A DNA stretch of 64,000 nucleotides, taken from the NCBI GenBank assembly GCA_963674735.2, contig CAXXQS010000001.1:1952001-2016000 (forward strand), in the 5' to 3' direction. How positions within the stretch are numbered: position 1 is the first letter of the stretch; every line of letters starts with the position of its first letter. Both the position numbers and the translations under genes were made by a program. The stretch is from Myxococcota bacterium. GTDB lineage: Bacteria; Myxococcota_A; SURF-8. Positions 18,598 through 29,479 of this stretch are shown here, piece by piece. The notes below the pieces were generated by a model that ran no database searches, was not told where the DNA came from, and saw only the letters and a program-made list of their open reading frames with translations.

Positions 18598-21500
18598 ATG
18601 AACAGCAACTATCAAAAAGCAATTTATGCTTTGGTGCTAATGCTTGTTGTCGCTTGCGGTACGGGTTGCAAGGTGACAATTGAAAGCCCAACCGGGAGCG
18701 AATTCCTCGAAGGGGAACCAATCCATTTTGCAGCGGAATACAGTGGAACCAGCAGTATAAGCTGGAAAAGCGAATATACGGCTCCCGATGGTTCGACACA
18801 AACTATTTCCGAAACGGATTTCCGCCAAGGTGTTTTAGATATCGGCAAGGGATATCCCTGGGAATTTAGCAAAGCGAATCTTCCCGTGGGGATTCATCTT
18901 ATCACGGCCTACCATAGTGACGACACGGACACGATCTCTCTTGTGGTCCTGGCAAAAAACGGAGCGGGCGTTCCCACCCAAACCACGCTCTCATCAAACA
19001 TAAGCTCCTCGTCCTACGGGGAAGAGATCGAACTCACGGCAATTGTTGGCGGCCAGTGTGAGTCTCCGATCGGCCACGTTCTATTCATCGATGGTAGTTT
19101 CGTGCTCGGTGTCGGTGAGCTAGACACTGACGCTCGAACCAGTTTCACTACGCGGGAACTGAACGTCGGTATGCACGAACTCACCGCCGTCTACCTCGGC
19201 GATTCGACCTGCGCAACTTCCACGAGTTTTATCGTCGATCATGAAGTTATAGCTGCCATTGCTGAAATATCGGTACGCTCATCGCAAAGCCCGTCTCAAA
19301 TTGGGGAGAACGTTATCTTCACGGCCTTCGTTACCGCACCGATTAGTTCAGGAACACCGACCGGATCGGTTACTTTCTTCGATGGTACTGACGAGATCCA
19401 TACAACCGCGCTCGACGGTGCGGGCGAAGCGGCGTTAAATATTGCGACATTTACCGTAGGAACCCACGAAATCTCCGCGCACTATAACGGTAGCACCAAG
19501 CACACAACTGCCGCCAGCGAGGTTCTGTATCATACAGTGGCCCTGGCTTCAACCAGAATCGTGCTCTCAAGTTCTCATAATCCCGCAAGCTACGGTGAGA
19601 GTGTGACCTTTACCGCTACCGTGGTGGCACGGTCCGAGGCGGGGCCATTTATCGGTTCGGTGACTTTCTTCGACGGGACAGAGGTCTTGGGAGAACTCGA
19701 CCTCGACGCCACAGGCCACGTTTCCCTGGAGATCTCGGACCTCAAAATCGGCGCGCATATTGTTACCGCCAAGTTCGATGGCGACGAAACACACACCCAA
19801 GCTCGAAGTGAAGAATTTACTCAGACTATAAACGCTGGACCACCGGATCTGGCACTTGCCGCATCCGCAAGCCCCTCTCGTTTTGGTGAAACTGTGACGT
19901 TTGCCGTAACCGCGTCTACGCCACCCGGAGCGAATATGCCGGAAGGTACGGTAACATTCAATGATGGCAGTTCCGTCATCGGGACGGCCTCCTTTGACGA
20001 TGCCGGTGTCGCATTCATCGAAACTTCTGCGTTAGCTGCGGGAGGGCATCTCATCGTGGCCGCCTACGAGGGTAGCGTTGTGTTCGATGCTGCGAAGAGT
20101 GAACCGATCTTCCATGTAGTCGTACCAGCCGAAGGCGGCACGACGCTCACATCCACCCTCAATGCATCGCGCTTCGGGGACGCTGTCACTTTTACCGCAA
20201 CGGTGGTCGGTCCGGCTGGTACGGGCATCCCTATCGGTGCGGTAACCTTTCGAGACGGGACTGCCATACTCGGCCTGGCTTCCCTCAACACCTCTGGCGA
20301 AGCCGCGATCACAACCACGGCACTCGCTGTGGGTGATCATGAGGTCACGGCAATGTATGGCGGCAGCGAAGAACTCACAGCGTCCACCAGCGAGGTGTTG
20401 ATTCAGGTCGTTGAACGAGGTTTGACCACCGTCTCTATGGTCTTGGCTCCCACTGTTACGCATTTCGGTGAGCGTGTCGACTTGGCGACGAGCGTGCAGG
20501 CACCGACAGGGACAGGGGCGCCAACTGGCTGGATCACCTTTTACGATAATGCCGAAAATATTGGGGCAGCAGCCGTAGACACAAACGGAAATGCAGCTCT
20601 TGCCATATCAGAATTTACGGTGGGTGAGCACGCACTTGAGGTTTCTTATAGCGGCAATGATGCACTTGAACCGGCTTCAAGCGAAGCCATGGTGCTCACG
20701 GTGGAGAAAGCCGTACCGACGATAATGCTCGACGCAGCTCCCAGCCTCTCGCAGTTCGGTGAAACCACAGTACTTAGAGCCTGGGTGTTGCCACCTGCGA
20801 ACGCTGGTCAGGCAACTGGCTCGGTGACCTTCCGCGATGGCGAGGATGTTCTGGGAATGTCGAACTTCGATGAGTTCGGCTTTGCCTCGCTTGAGACAAA
20901 CGTTCTTGATGTCGGTCTACACTCGATCACGGCCACTTACAATGGTAGCGATACGCTCACGTCCGTCGTGAGCGGGAGTGTCGAGCATGTGGTCGTCCCT
21001 GTTGAGGTCAGCGTTCTGATAGCATCCACGCCCAACCCGGCCAGATATGCAGAAACCGTCTCCTTCACCGTAACGGTCGTCACGCCGGAAAATGGTGGTG
21101 CGCCAATTGGTGCAATCATATTTTACGACGGTGAAACCGAACTTACGACGGTCGAACTGGGAGCACACGGCGTTGCGCTTTTTTCGACAGCAGAACTTGC
21201 CGTGGGCCCACACCAAATTAGGGCGGTGTACGGTGGCAGTGAAACATGGAATCCGGCACAGAGTGATACGCTTACCCAACTCGTTGTAGCCGGCACCCCG
21301 GGAGTATCGCTTGCTTCGTCCGTCAATCCTTCCCGTTACGCGGAACCCGTTATCTTTTCCGCCACGGTCATGACTCCTCCGGGAGCTCCTATTCCGACAG
21401 GCACGGTGATGTTCATGGACGGTACGAGCCTCCTTGGGATCGTAGCGCTGGACCTCAATGGTCGGGCCCCCCTAGAAATAACTTTATACTCCTACGGCGT

Positions 21501-24500
21501 TCACACTATCGGCGCGGCCTACAGCGGCGACGGTAACTTCGATTATGCCCAAGCCGACGTTATCCAGCAGTCAGTCCTACCCTCGGAGGGAGGAACGTCG
21601 CTGGTTTCATCTCAGAATCCTTCGCCCTGGGGTGCTAGCCTTACTTTCACTTCCACCGTTCTCGCTTTTGTGGGAGAAGCAATACCGACCGGCGAAGTTA
21701 CTTTCAAAGATGGCGATGATATTCTGGCAACAGTCGAACTCGATGAAGCAGGTGAAGCAGTATTTGAAACCTCGGAGCTTGCCATCGGAACGCACGCGAT
21801 CTCGGCTTACTATGGCGGATGCGAATCCGTTGATCCCTCGCAAAGCGATGTTCTCGATCAAGAGATCGTAGTAGGACCTCCCCAACTCAATCTTATATCG
21901 TCCCTGAATCCGTCAAACTACCAGGAATTGGTTTGCTTCGAAGTTGTTGCCACTGGGCCTCCGGGTTATGACACGCCCACTGGCATCGTGACCTTCTACG
22001 ATGGATACGGTGCCATGGGCATGGAATATCTGGACAATTCGGGCGTCGCCTCTCTCTGTGTAGACTTTCTTCTACCCGGCACGACAATTGTCACCGCAGA
22101 ATATGAAGGCGACGATATTTATGAGACAGGTACTACTCCCGGTCTGGAACAGACTGTCGTATCTTGCCCGTCCATCGTGACGCTCACCTCGCAAGCGAAC
22201 CCGAGCATGATCGGTGAGGGAGTCGGTTTTGATATAGACATAAGCTCATGCCCTATGAGTGTTCTGCCTTCCGGAACCCTCACGTTCATGGATCGTGAGG
22301 CGATCATCGCTACTGCCGATGTCACGTTCGGCCATGCATATGTTGAGGCGTATGATCTTGAGATCGGGATACACGAACTGAAAGCGGTCTACAGCGGGGA
22401 CGAGATGTACCCGGCAGCACAAAGCGACGTCCTGGTCCAGGAAGTCATTCCATGGCCGACAACTACAACCTTATTTGTGTCGGGTTTCGATCCTGTCTAC
22501 GGTGAAACTGCGCACCTTGTAGCACAGGTCTTTACAGAAGGTGGACCTCTTCCGCTCGGCAGCGTGACTTTTTCTCACGATTTTTATCCGTATCAACTAG
22601 GCACAGGCGAACTCGATACCAGCGGTTCGGCCATTCTGACGGTTCCGACGCTCGAAGCAGGTGTCCACTCTCTAAAAGCGATCTATGAACCCTCAAGTTC
22701 GGACTTCGCTACTTCAACTGGTATTATCGAGCAACTTATTCAACGTGCACCGTTATCCATCGTAGCCAGAAATACACCGAGCGAGAGCAGCTACGGCGAG
22801 CCTGTATCGCTCGATATCGATCTAAACTTCCGCCCTGCAATCAACGTTGCGCCATCGGGTTACATCGACGTTTACGACGGTGCAACAATTATAGCTTCCG
22901 CCCGTATTAATGTCGTTGGCGAGGCATCGGTAACGCTTCCGCGATTTGGTGCCGGCACCCATGTCCTTTCCGTAACCTACGCGGGAGACCAGAATTTCCT
23001 GCCAGTGGCAACGGAAGTCCCGCAAATTGTCACTCGCGCCGAGACCGTAACCAGCATCCTGGTATCTCCTGAAACCGGCGTTCGGTACGGACCTCTCACC
23101 TTGGAAATCGGAGTCGCTTCAGTCGTATCCGGACTTGGGAAGCCGACCGGACTTGTTGATAGAATCACCATCGGCGACAGCATGGATATCCCGGGCGGAG
23201 CGCTCAACACAAGCGGTCGCATTACCATTGTGGAAACCGAACGATTCGGAAATGGCACACTCTTGATTTGCACGTCCTATTTAGGAGATGACAATTTCCT
23301 GCCATCGGAGGCTTGCGTGGAACATATCGTCGAGCGAGCTCCATCGTCGATTGTGGTGACCTCCTCGTTGGAGCAACCGGTAGTGGGGCAGGATGTAACA
23401 GTCACGGCTACCGTTGCCTCCGTTGCGTCTCCGATTCTTGGCACTGTGACATTCTTTGATGACGGTGTCGCCATCTCAGAAGCGATCGATGTCGAGAATG
23501 CGACCCTTACAACCTCGACCCTGTCTTCGGGAAACCACACCATCACAGCAATGTTCGATGGTGGAACCGGGGCCTTCGCAAATGCAGAAAGCACCCCTAT
23601 CCAAATCGAAGTGCAGAAAGCCTCAACTACGGTATCGCTTGAGTCGAGTCCTAACCCATCCCGGTTCGGTCAGACAGTCACGCTCACCGCCATGCCGTCC
23701 GTGGTTGCTTTCGGAGCGGAGACACCCACCGGAACCGTTACCTTCAAATGTGGAACGGTCACCTTGGGAACGGCCGAAATCGATGATCTCGGTATAGCCA
23801 CATTTCGGGTAAACACGATTCCAACCGGCGATCACCCCGTTACGGCGGATTATGAAGGCGATAATGACTATATGGGGTCAACCAGCGATATCGTGACTCA
23901 GACCGTCGAGCAGAGCCGCACAGTCGTGACTATCAGTACAGAAAACAATCCCACCATATTCGGTCAGCCGGTAAAAATTGTGGTAAACGTGGGAGCAAGT
24001 TCGCCTGGGCAAGGAATACCAACGGGAACGGTCACCCTTCGTGAAGGGCAAAATATATTGGCCCATGCGTCTCTTGATTCGTTTGGCGAAGCAACCCTTT
24101 CCCTATCTTCCCTTGGAGGCGGTTCCCACGCTTTTGTGGCAAGTTACTCGGGTGATGATAACTTCATCGTTTCCACAAGTGGTGCTTTCACTCAGATTAT
24201 CACACCGGCAGCAACAACAACGTCAATTTCTCTCGCCTATACGTCACCTGTACAATGCGGCGATACACTGACCATGACCGCTACCGTCGCACCGGTAACA
24301 GAGTGCGGTCATATACCACATGGTACAGTTACCTTCTATAATAATTCAACCGAGATTGCAATTGTTCAATTGGATGCCGAAGGCCATGCATCGTTCTCTA
24401 CCAACACCTTATCAATAGGTACGTTCCACTCTTTCAGCGCCACCTTTAACGGAGATACTGATTTTGGAGTGTCAACAAGCGATTCTACAACAGGTGTATA

Positions 24501-27500
24501 TGTAACCAGCATCTCAACCACAACGATTCTTAGTTCAAACACAAATCCTTCAATGTTCGGCCAGGAAGTTCGTTTTACCGCCAGTGTAACCGCTTCGAAC
24601 AACTTCAATGGTTTGAAACCGACAGGTCAGATACGCTTTACGGACTACCCGGAAGGTGGAGGAAGCAACAACTTAGGAGCGGTGGATCTTGACGCTACGG
24701 GTACGGCGACTATCGCAATATCATCGCTATCCATTGGCACACACATTATCAAAGCACAATACATTCCATCTGACTGCCCATTTTCCTCAAGCTATGTCAT
24801 TATTAACCAGGTAGTCGACACCGCCACCACTAACGTGTCGATCGAGTCTAACCTCTCTTCGTCGGTGTTCGGCCAATTCGTCACTTTTACCGCCACGGTA
24901 AACTCTACTGACACGCCCACCGGTACAATCACGTTTATAAACGGTGATACAGATTTGGGAACAGGTACGCTCGATGACAGTGGAATTACAATATTATCCA
25001 CCGATACACTGTCGGTGGGATCTCACAGTATTACTGCGATCTACGGTGGTGATGGCACGCACACCGTCGCCACCAGTGGCACGATTACACAGAATGTGGA
25101 GAAGGCCGACACTTGGGTTGAGCTTACGTCTTCGCTTAACCCATCGAGTTATACACAGTCCGTCACCCTCACCGCGCAGGTCCATACATCGGATCCCGGA
25201 GGCGGTATAGCAAGTGGCGCCATCACTTTTATCGATACACAAAGCGACACGGATGTTGTGGTGGCCATCAATGCCAGCGGTGTTGCGACTCTAACGACCG
25301 ATACCTTTGCCGTGTCAGATGAACACTGGATCACGGCGGCCTACAGTGGTGACGCAAACATGAACATCTCATCATCTGACTCGATCCAACAGGTTGTACA
25401 GCAAGCTTCGACATTGACCACCATAGCATCTGATGCCAATCCATCGACCTACGGCGCAAGCGTGACATTTACGGCTACCGTAACTTCATCCGTCGGCGCT
25501 CCTACGGGCACCGTTTATTTCCAAAAAGACACAACCGTGTTGGGTAGCGGGATGCTCGACGACGAAGGCCATACAACCTGGACGACCGCATCACTGTCGG
25601 CAGGCTCACATGCAATAACAGCCGTATACGAAGGCGCAGGGAACTTCTCGAGTTCAACCAGCGAAGAACTGCAACAGGATGTAGGCAAAGCTTTCACCAC
25701 CACAGCCATCGATATCACTCCAACCCCATCATCATATGGCAGCAACGTGAGATTGAGGGCCACTGTTACCGGTGAGGCGGCCATCATGCCATCCGGAACC
25801 GTGGCCTTCAAGGATCGCGAGACGACAATTGGCACTGCAACACTTGATCTGGGAGGTAGGGCGGAACTCGTTTTGAACACCCTCAACATGGGCGACCATC
25901 GCATAACAACAGTCTATGGTGGCGATGAGCGCTACGCATCCTCAACCAGCACGGAGTGCTTGCACGATGTTTCCAAAGCGGCGACCGCTATCACCATCGC
26001 GGCCACACCCAACCCGGCCAATGTCGGGTCCGAGGTGACTTTCACCATCACCGTCGTATCCGGGGGTGGCATACCTACAGGGACAGTCTCGTATTCTGAT
26101 AGCCGACACAACGGGGGCGCCGCCGTTGATCTTCCTCTCGACGGCACGGGTAAGGCGACCGTGATGTTCCAGGATCTTCGAGACGGTATGCATACCTGTT
26201 CGGCGACATACCTCGGCAACGCCAACTTTGATTGGTCGAGCACAACCGACTTCACACTTGAGGTCGTACAGGCAGAGCTTACTATCTCCGCAACAGACGA
26301 GTCTATAGCGTCACCGCTTCATGCTGGAGGTGGTGAGACAATCTCGCTTACCGCCGTTCTGACCGATTCCTTCACCCCGCTCACCGACAGCATCGTCTGG
26401 TTATTGGGGGCAGGTTCGTCGGGAACGTTTGTCGAAACCGCCACCACAACAGTGGTTGACGGCAAGCAATTCTCAACCATTGTCTACCAAGCTCCTGCAA
26501 ATGTCGGACTACCCGATACGGTCATCGTAAATGCATACCAAGCTGGTGCAATGGCACCGATGGCCTCAGCCTCCGTTTCGATAAAGACTGATCCCCCGAC
26601 TCAGCCCGACATGCAGCCGTTCAATAACGGTGTATCGCGCATGACTCGTGTTGTGGACTTTGCAATGTTCGGTCAAAGCATTCTGCATAACGACAAAAAC
26701 ATTTCGTTACTTGCTCCCTATTCCGCTCATGGCAAGTTCACTCCCGAATTAACAGCCAAACTTGATCAGACTCTTTTTCAGGAAGAGAATTCCGAGGCAA
26801 ATGACACAAAACGCAAGATTGGCCAGGCAGCCAACCTCGACAGCGATATTGAAGAAGAAACGGTTATGTTATCGTGGGAAATAAACTCACCAAGCAACCT
26901 GGCTACGCTCTCAATCTTAGACAAGAATTCTGCAACGGATAACTACGACATTATTCAACCACAACTTCTGAACGCGGAATCGAGAAGTATGACCCTGGAC
27001 GTCGAACCGGATTGTGGGGACAACGACCGACTGTGGGAAACACCAGACTGTTGGGAAACATACGACTACGACCTCGCTCTCGCTGATTTAGACGATGACG
27101 GCTATGCCGAAGTTATAATTACGGGTACCATTGTCTCTCCCTTGCACATGAAAACCCGTACTCAGGATCTGGTGAAGCCAGGCATGATGTGGATCTTCGA
27201 CGACATGCAGTCGAGTGGATCGGGTCAACTTAGATTGCTCAGTCAAACCCGGTTGGATGGAGAACAAATCGAAGGTATAGAATACTACCGAGGCATGCTT
27301 GTCGCGCGCGTGGCAGCAGGCGGCATGCGGAAGGATCGGACTCGGCAGATCGCCGTCGCGTGGATCGACTGGCTTGACTGGAAGATGGGTTGGTGCAGTG
27401 AGAGCGGCAATCGCAACGTATGCGGCATCGATCAGGTTAAATTCCAGATCTTTGACGGTCCGCCGACCGCGCCCACACCACTGGGGGGTATCGGAAAAAC

Positions 27501-29391
27501 CGATGAAGAAACGACCATGATCGGGATGTCGGGGAACCTCGCAACATCGAATATTCTCGGCATTGCAATGGCTGATCTGGATGGCGACAAAATAAAAGAG
27601 CTGATTATCGGAGGGTGGAGTACAAGCTGGGAGGACGATGTCGATGCAGACGGCGTTCACATCCAACTTGAAGTGCGCGCAAGCCTAGAGACGGTTCCGG
27701 TCGGATTAGGCGCTCCCGATCTTCCTATTGTTGTAGATCCCAGTGCGTCTCCACTGGAGTACCGCGTTGAAATCAATCAGCCACCATCACGCTGGTTACA
27801 GCCGCTATATACATTCGCCTCGCCCTCTTCACCACTGGGCGGAAGGGTGCAGCACATTATCGCGGGCAACCACATCGCATCCATCGGGCAGGTTGACACC
27901 AGTTCGCCGGTTGAAGTTCTCTGGGATAATGAACTACCCACTCGTTCTTCAACGGTGGGAGGGGTGAAATACGCCGATGAAGCCAACGTCCAGTCACTTT
28001 TCGACGCACCCGATTATTACCAAAACAACGCTTCATGCTCTGATCCATTCCTATGCTCGTCCTGGCTTGATGTTCGGGCAGGCGACGTGAATGGCGACGC
28101 ACGAGACGACGTGATTGCATACTGGAACGGGGGCGATATAGATGTCTGGGGATGGACTTGTGCAGACGAAGAGGAACCTTGCGAACTGGATTGGAATGAG
28201 TTCTACAATAAATCCGTGACACCTTCTATTTATGGCGGGGCTAACGCCATTCTCGTTCCCACGGCAGTTGACGAGGACTCAACGGTCATCGAATATACGG
28301 GGGAGAATTATGTTGTATACACTAGCAACAAGGTCATCGCGCTTTTGGCTGCGGCTCCGGTGGTGAACGCAGAAATCGAAACAGTAGACGGTTGCCAGCC
28401 CGTTCAGGATAACGAAATCGACACACACACCGGATTTGCTACTTTTTCTTCTTCCGGAAGCAGCAGCGGCTTTACTGCAGGATTCCACGCCGGATTCATT
28501 GTTGGAATGGATGTCGAGATAAGTGTGGGATTCATATGCAATACCGTACTGAGTGCTTTCCGTGCGACCATGGACACACAATTCGAACTTACCCATACAA
28601 GCGAGACAAGCGTCGAGACAACTATCGAGGTCGACTATGTCCAGGGATACTCGGACGATGGTGTGATTTTCTCTACTATGCCCTATACCCGCTTCGTATA
28701 TACGATCACCTCTTCCCTGGACGAGAATTCCATCGGCAAAACCGTATACATCGACGTACCCATGTCTCCACAGATCATGTTAGTAGACCGCGAGATCTTC
28801 AACAATGTCGTCAACCTTGGATCGTACCAAATCACCGACGACCTGCTGTCGCACGCGGCCGGGGACCTGCGAACCTATCCACCTTACTCCGAGTACCCCG
28901 CAGAGACCGTTACAAGTGAGGATCCCATCGATCTTTACAACGGTGTCGCCGTCTATAGCACCATAGAACCTATTACCTACGCGCCGCAGACTTCGGGTCA
29001 AAGCCCACCGCTGTCATCCTATGGAAGCGCTGGCTCCAACGCCGGTATGTCTATCAGCCGTACATGGACCGAGATGGAACAGTGGGAGCAAAATCTGACC
29101 CAGGACTTTGCTGCCGAGGTTAATGTTTCTGGTTTCGTCGCCGGTGTAAACCTAGGTTGGTCAGTGGGCGGCTACCAGACCACAACCATGTCGAACGGTA
29201 TCTCTTTTAGCAGCTCGGTGGGCAGTATTATCAACTCGGCTTATACTTATTTGTTCCGGCTTTACGCCTACAAGCAGACGCTCACCGACGAGGAGGGTAA
29301 CGTGTATCAGAGCTTCTACGTGGCCAACTACGGGGTGGATCCATCAGGCTCGGCGTATAACGGCGCTCCTCCGGCGGAGCAGTGTGATTAG
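18598..29391 (+). CDS. Giant protein B: lipoprotein with 25 bacterial Ig-like (Big_3-type) repeats, FG-GAP region and Ser/Thr-rich C-terminal domain
   Basis: AGGAG RBS before ATG 18598; LVVACGTGC; repeats SSxNPSxxGxxVTFTATV..PTGxVTFxDG..GxHxITAxYxG; LADLDDDGYAEVII, MADLDGDKIKELII, AGDVNGDARDDVIA. Confidence 0.88.
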   Translation: MNSNYQKAIYALVLMLVVACGTGCKVTIESPTGSEFLEGEPIHFAAEYSGTSSISWKSEYTAPDGSTQTISETDFRQGVLDIGKGYPWEFSKANLPVGIHLITAYHSDDTDTISLVVLAKNGAGVPTQTTLSSNISSSSYGEEIELTAIVGGQCESPIGHVLFIDGSFVLGVGELDTDARTSFTTRELNVGMHELTAVYLGDSTCATSTSFIVDHEVIAAIAEISVRSSQSPSQIGENVIFTAFVTAPISSGTPTGSVTFFDGTDEIHTTALDGAGEAALNIATFTVGTHEISAHYNGSTKHTTAASEVLYHTVALASTRIVLSSSHNPASYGESVTFTATVVARSEAGPFIGSVTFFDGTEVLGELDLDATGHVSLEISDLKIGAHIVTAKFDGDETHTQARSEEFTQTINAGPPDLALAASASPSRFGETVTFAVTASTPPGANMPEGTVTFNDGSSVIGTASFDDAGVAFIETSALAAGGHLIVAAYEGSVVFDAAKSEPIFHVVVPAEGGTTLTSTLNASRFGDAVTFTATVVGPAGTGIPIGAVTFRDGTAILGLASLNTSGEAAITTTALAVGDHEVTAMYGGSEELTASTSEVLIQVVERGLTTVSMVLAPTVTHFGERVDLATSVQAPTGTGAPTGWITFYDNAENIGAAAVDTNGNAALAISEFTVGEHALEVSYSGNDALEPASSEAMVLTVEKAVPTIMLDAAPSLSQFGETTVLRAWVLPPANAGQATGSVTFRDGEDVLGMSNFDEFGFASLETNVLDVGLHSITATYNGSDTLTSVVSGSVEHVVVPVEVSVLIASTPNPARYAETVSFTVTVVTPENGGAPIGAIIFYDGETELTTVELGAHGVALFSTAELAVGPHQIRAVYGGSETWNPAQSDTLTQLVVAGTPGVSLASSVNPSRYAEPVIFSATVMTPPGAPIPTGTVMFMDGTSLLGIVALDLNGRAPLEITLYSYGVHTIGAAYSGDGNFDYAQADVIQQSVLPSEGGTSLVSSQNPSPWGASLTFTSTVLAFVGEAIPTGEVTFKDGDDILATVELDEAGEAVFETSELAIGTHAISAYYGGCESVDPSQSDVLDQEIVVGPPQLNLISSLNPSNYQELVCFEVVATGPPGYDTPTGIVTFYDGYGAMGMEYLDNSGVASLCVDFLLPGTTIVTAEYEGDDIYETGTTPGLEQTVVSCPSIVTLTSQANPSMIGEGVGFDIDISSCPMSVLPSGTLTFMDREAIIATADVTFGHAYVEAYDLEIGIHELKAVYSGDEMYPAAQSDVLVQEVIPWPTTTTLFVSGFDPVYGETAHLVAQVFTEGGPLPLGSVTFSHDFYPYQLGTGELDTSGSAILTVPTLEAGVHSLKAIYEPSSSDFATSTGIIEQLIQRAPLSIVARNTPSESSYGEPVSLDIDLNFRPAINVAPSGYIDVYDGATIIASARINVVGEASVTLPRFGAGTHVLSVTYAGDQNFLPVATEVPQIVTRAETVTSILVSPETGVRYGPLTLEIGVASVVSGLGKPTGLVDRITIGDSMDIPGGALNTSGRITIVETERFGNGTLLICTSYLGDDNFLPSEACVEHIVERAPSSIVVTSSLEQPVVGQDVTVTATVASVASPILGTVTFFDDGVAISEAIDVENATLTTSTLSSGNHTITAMFDGGTGAFANAESTPIQIEVQKASTTVSLESSPNPSRFGQTVTLTAMPSVVAFGAETPTGTVTFKCGTVTLGTAEIDDLGIATFRVNTIPTGDHPVTADYEGDNDYMGSTSDIVTQTVEQSRTVVTISTENNPTIFGQPVKIVVNVGASSPGQGIPTGTVTLREGQNILAHASLDSFGEATLSLSSLGGGSHAFVASYSGDDNFIVSTSGAFTQIITPAATTTSISLAYTSPVQCGDTLTMTATVAPVTECGHIPHGTVTFYNNSTEIAIVQLDAEGHASFSTNTLSIGTFHSFSATFNGDTDFGVSTSDSTTGVYVTSISTTTILSSNTNPSMFGQEVRFTASVTASNNFNGLKPTGQIRFTDYPEGGGSNNLGAVDLDATGTATIAISSLSIGTHIIKAQYIPSDCPFSSSYVIINQVVDTATTNVSIESNLSSSVFGQFVTFTATVNSTDTPTGTITFINGDTDLGTGTLDDSGITILSTDTLSVGSHSITAIYGGDGTHTVATSGTITQNVEKADTWVELTSSLNPSSYTQSVTLTAQVHTSDPGGGIASGAITFIDTQSDTDVVVAINASGVATLTTDTFAVSDEHWITAAYSGDANMNISSSDSIQQVVQQASTLTTIASDANPSTYGASVTFTATVTSSVGAPTGTVYFQKDTTVLGSGMLDDEGHTTWTTASLSAGSHAITAVYEGAGNFSSSTSEELQQDVGKAFTTTAIDITPTPSSYGSNVRLRATVTGEAAIMPSGTVAFKDRETTIGTATLDLGGRAELVLNTLNMGDHRITTVYGGDERYASSTSTECLHDVSKAATAITIAATPNPANVGSEVTFTITVVSGGGIPTGTVSYSDSRHNGGAAVDLPLDGTGKATVMFQDLRDGMHTCSATYLGNANFDWSSTTDFTLEVVQAELTISATDESIASPLHAGGGETISLTAVLTDSFTPLTDSIVWLLGAGSSGTFVETATTTVVDGKQFSTIVYQAPANVGLPDTVIVNAYQAGAMAPMASASVSIKTDPPTQPDMQPFNNGVSRMTRVVDFAMFGQSILHNDKNISLLAPYSAHGKFTPELTAKLDQTLFQEENSEANDTKRKIGQAANLDSDIEEETVMLSWEINSPSNLATLSILDKNSATDNYDIIQPQLLNAESRSMTLDVEPDCGDNDRLWETPDCWETYDYDLALADLDDDGYAEVIITGTIVSPLHMKTRTQDLVKPGMMWIFDDMQSSGSGQLRLLSQTRLDGEQIEGIEYYRGMLVARVAAGGMRKDRTRQIAVAWIDWLDWKMGWCSESGNRNVCGIDQVKFQIFDGPPTAPTPLGGIGKTDEETTMIGMSGNLATSNILGIAMADLDGDKIKELIIGGWSTSWEDDVDADGVHIQLEVRASLETVPVGLGAPDLPIVVDPSASPLEYRVEINQPPSRWLQPLYTFASPSSPLGGRVQHIIAGNHIASIGQVDTSSPVEVLWDNELPTRSSTVGGVKYADEANVQSLFDAPDYYQNNASCSDPFLCSSWLDVRAGDVNGDARDDVIAYWNGGDIDVWGWTCADEEEPCELDWNEFYNKSVTPSIYGGANAILVPTAVDEDSTVIEYTGENYVVYTSNKVIALLAAAPVVNAEIETVDGCQPVQDNEIDTHTGFATFSSSGSSSGFTAGFHAGFIVGMDVEISVGFICNTVLSAFRATMDTQFELTHTSETSVETTIEVDYVQGYSDDGVIFSTMPYTRFVYTITSSLDENSIGKTVYIDVPMSPQIMLVDREIFNNVVNLGSYQITDDLLSHAAGDLRTYPPYSEYPAETVTSEDPIDLYNGVAVYSTIEPITYAPQTSGQSPPLSSYGSAGSNAGMSISRTWTEMEQWEQNLTQDFAAEVNVSGFVAGVNLGWSVGGYQTTTMSNGISFSSSVGSIINSAYTYLFRLYAYKQTLTDEEGNVYQSFYVANYGVDPSGSAYNGAPPAEQCD
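18975..26270 (+). repeat. Array of 25 diverged Ig-like domain repeats (~97 aa each)
   Basis: Counted by hand from the recurring GxHxIxAxYxG motif. Units are diverged at DNA level. Confidence 0.8.
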
Positions 29392-29419
29392 CTAAACCCA
29401 AAGAACCGATGGCCTATCC

Positions 29420-29463
29420 AGCCTGGACGCAGAAGTATTTGTTACAATTACTGCGTTCAGGCT
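29420..29463 (+). terminator. Long imperfect hairpin after giant gene B
   Basis: AGCCTGGACGCAG..AGTA / TACTGCGTTCAGGCT about 30 nt after the stop; weak U-tract. Confidence 0.45.
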
Positions 29464-29479
29464 TCAAGGCCACTAAAAA

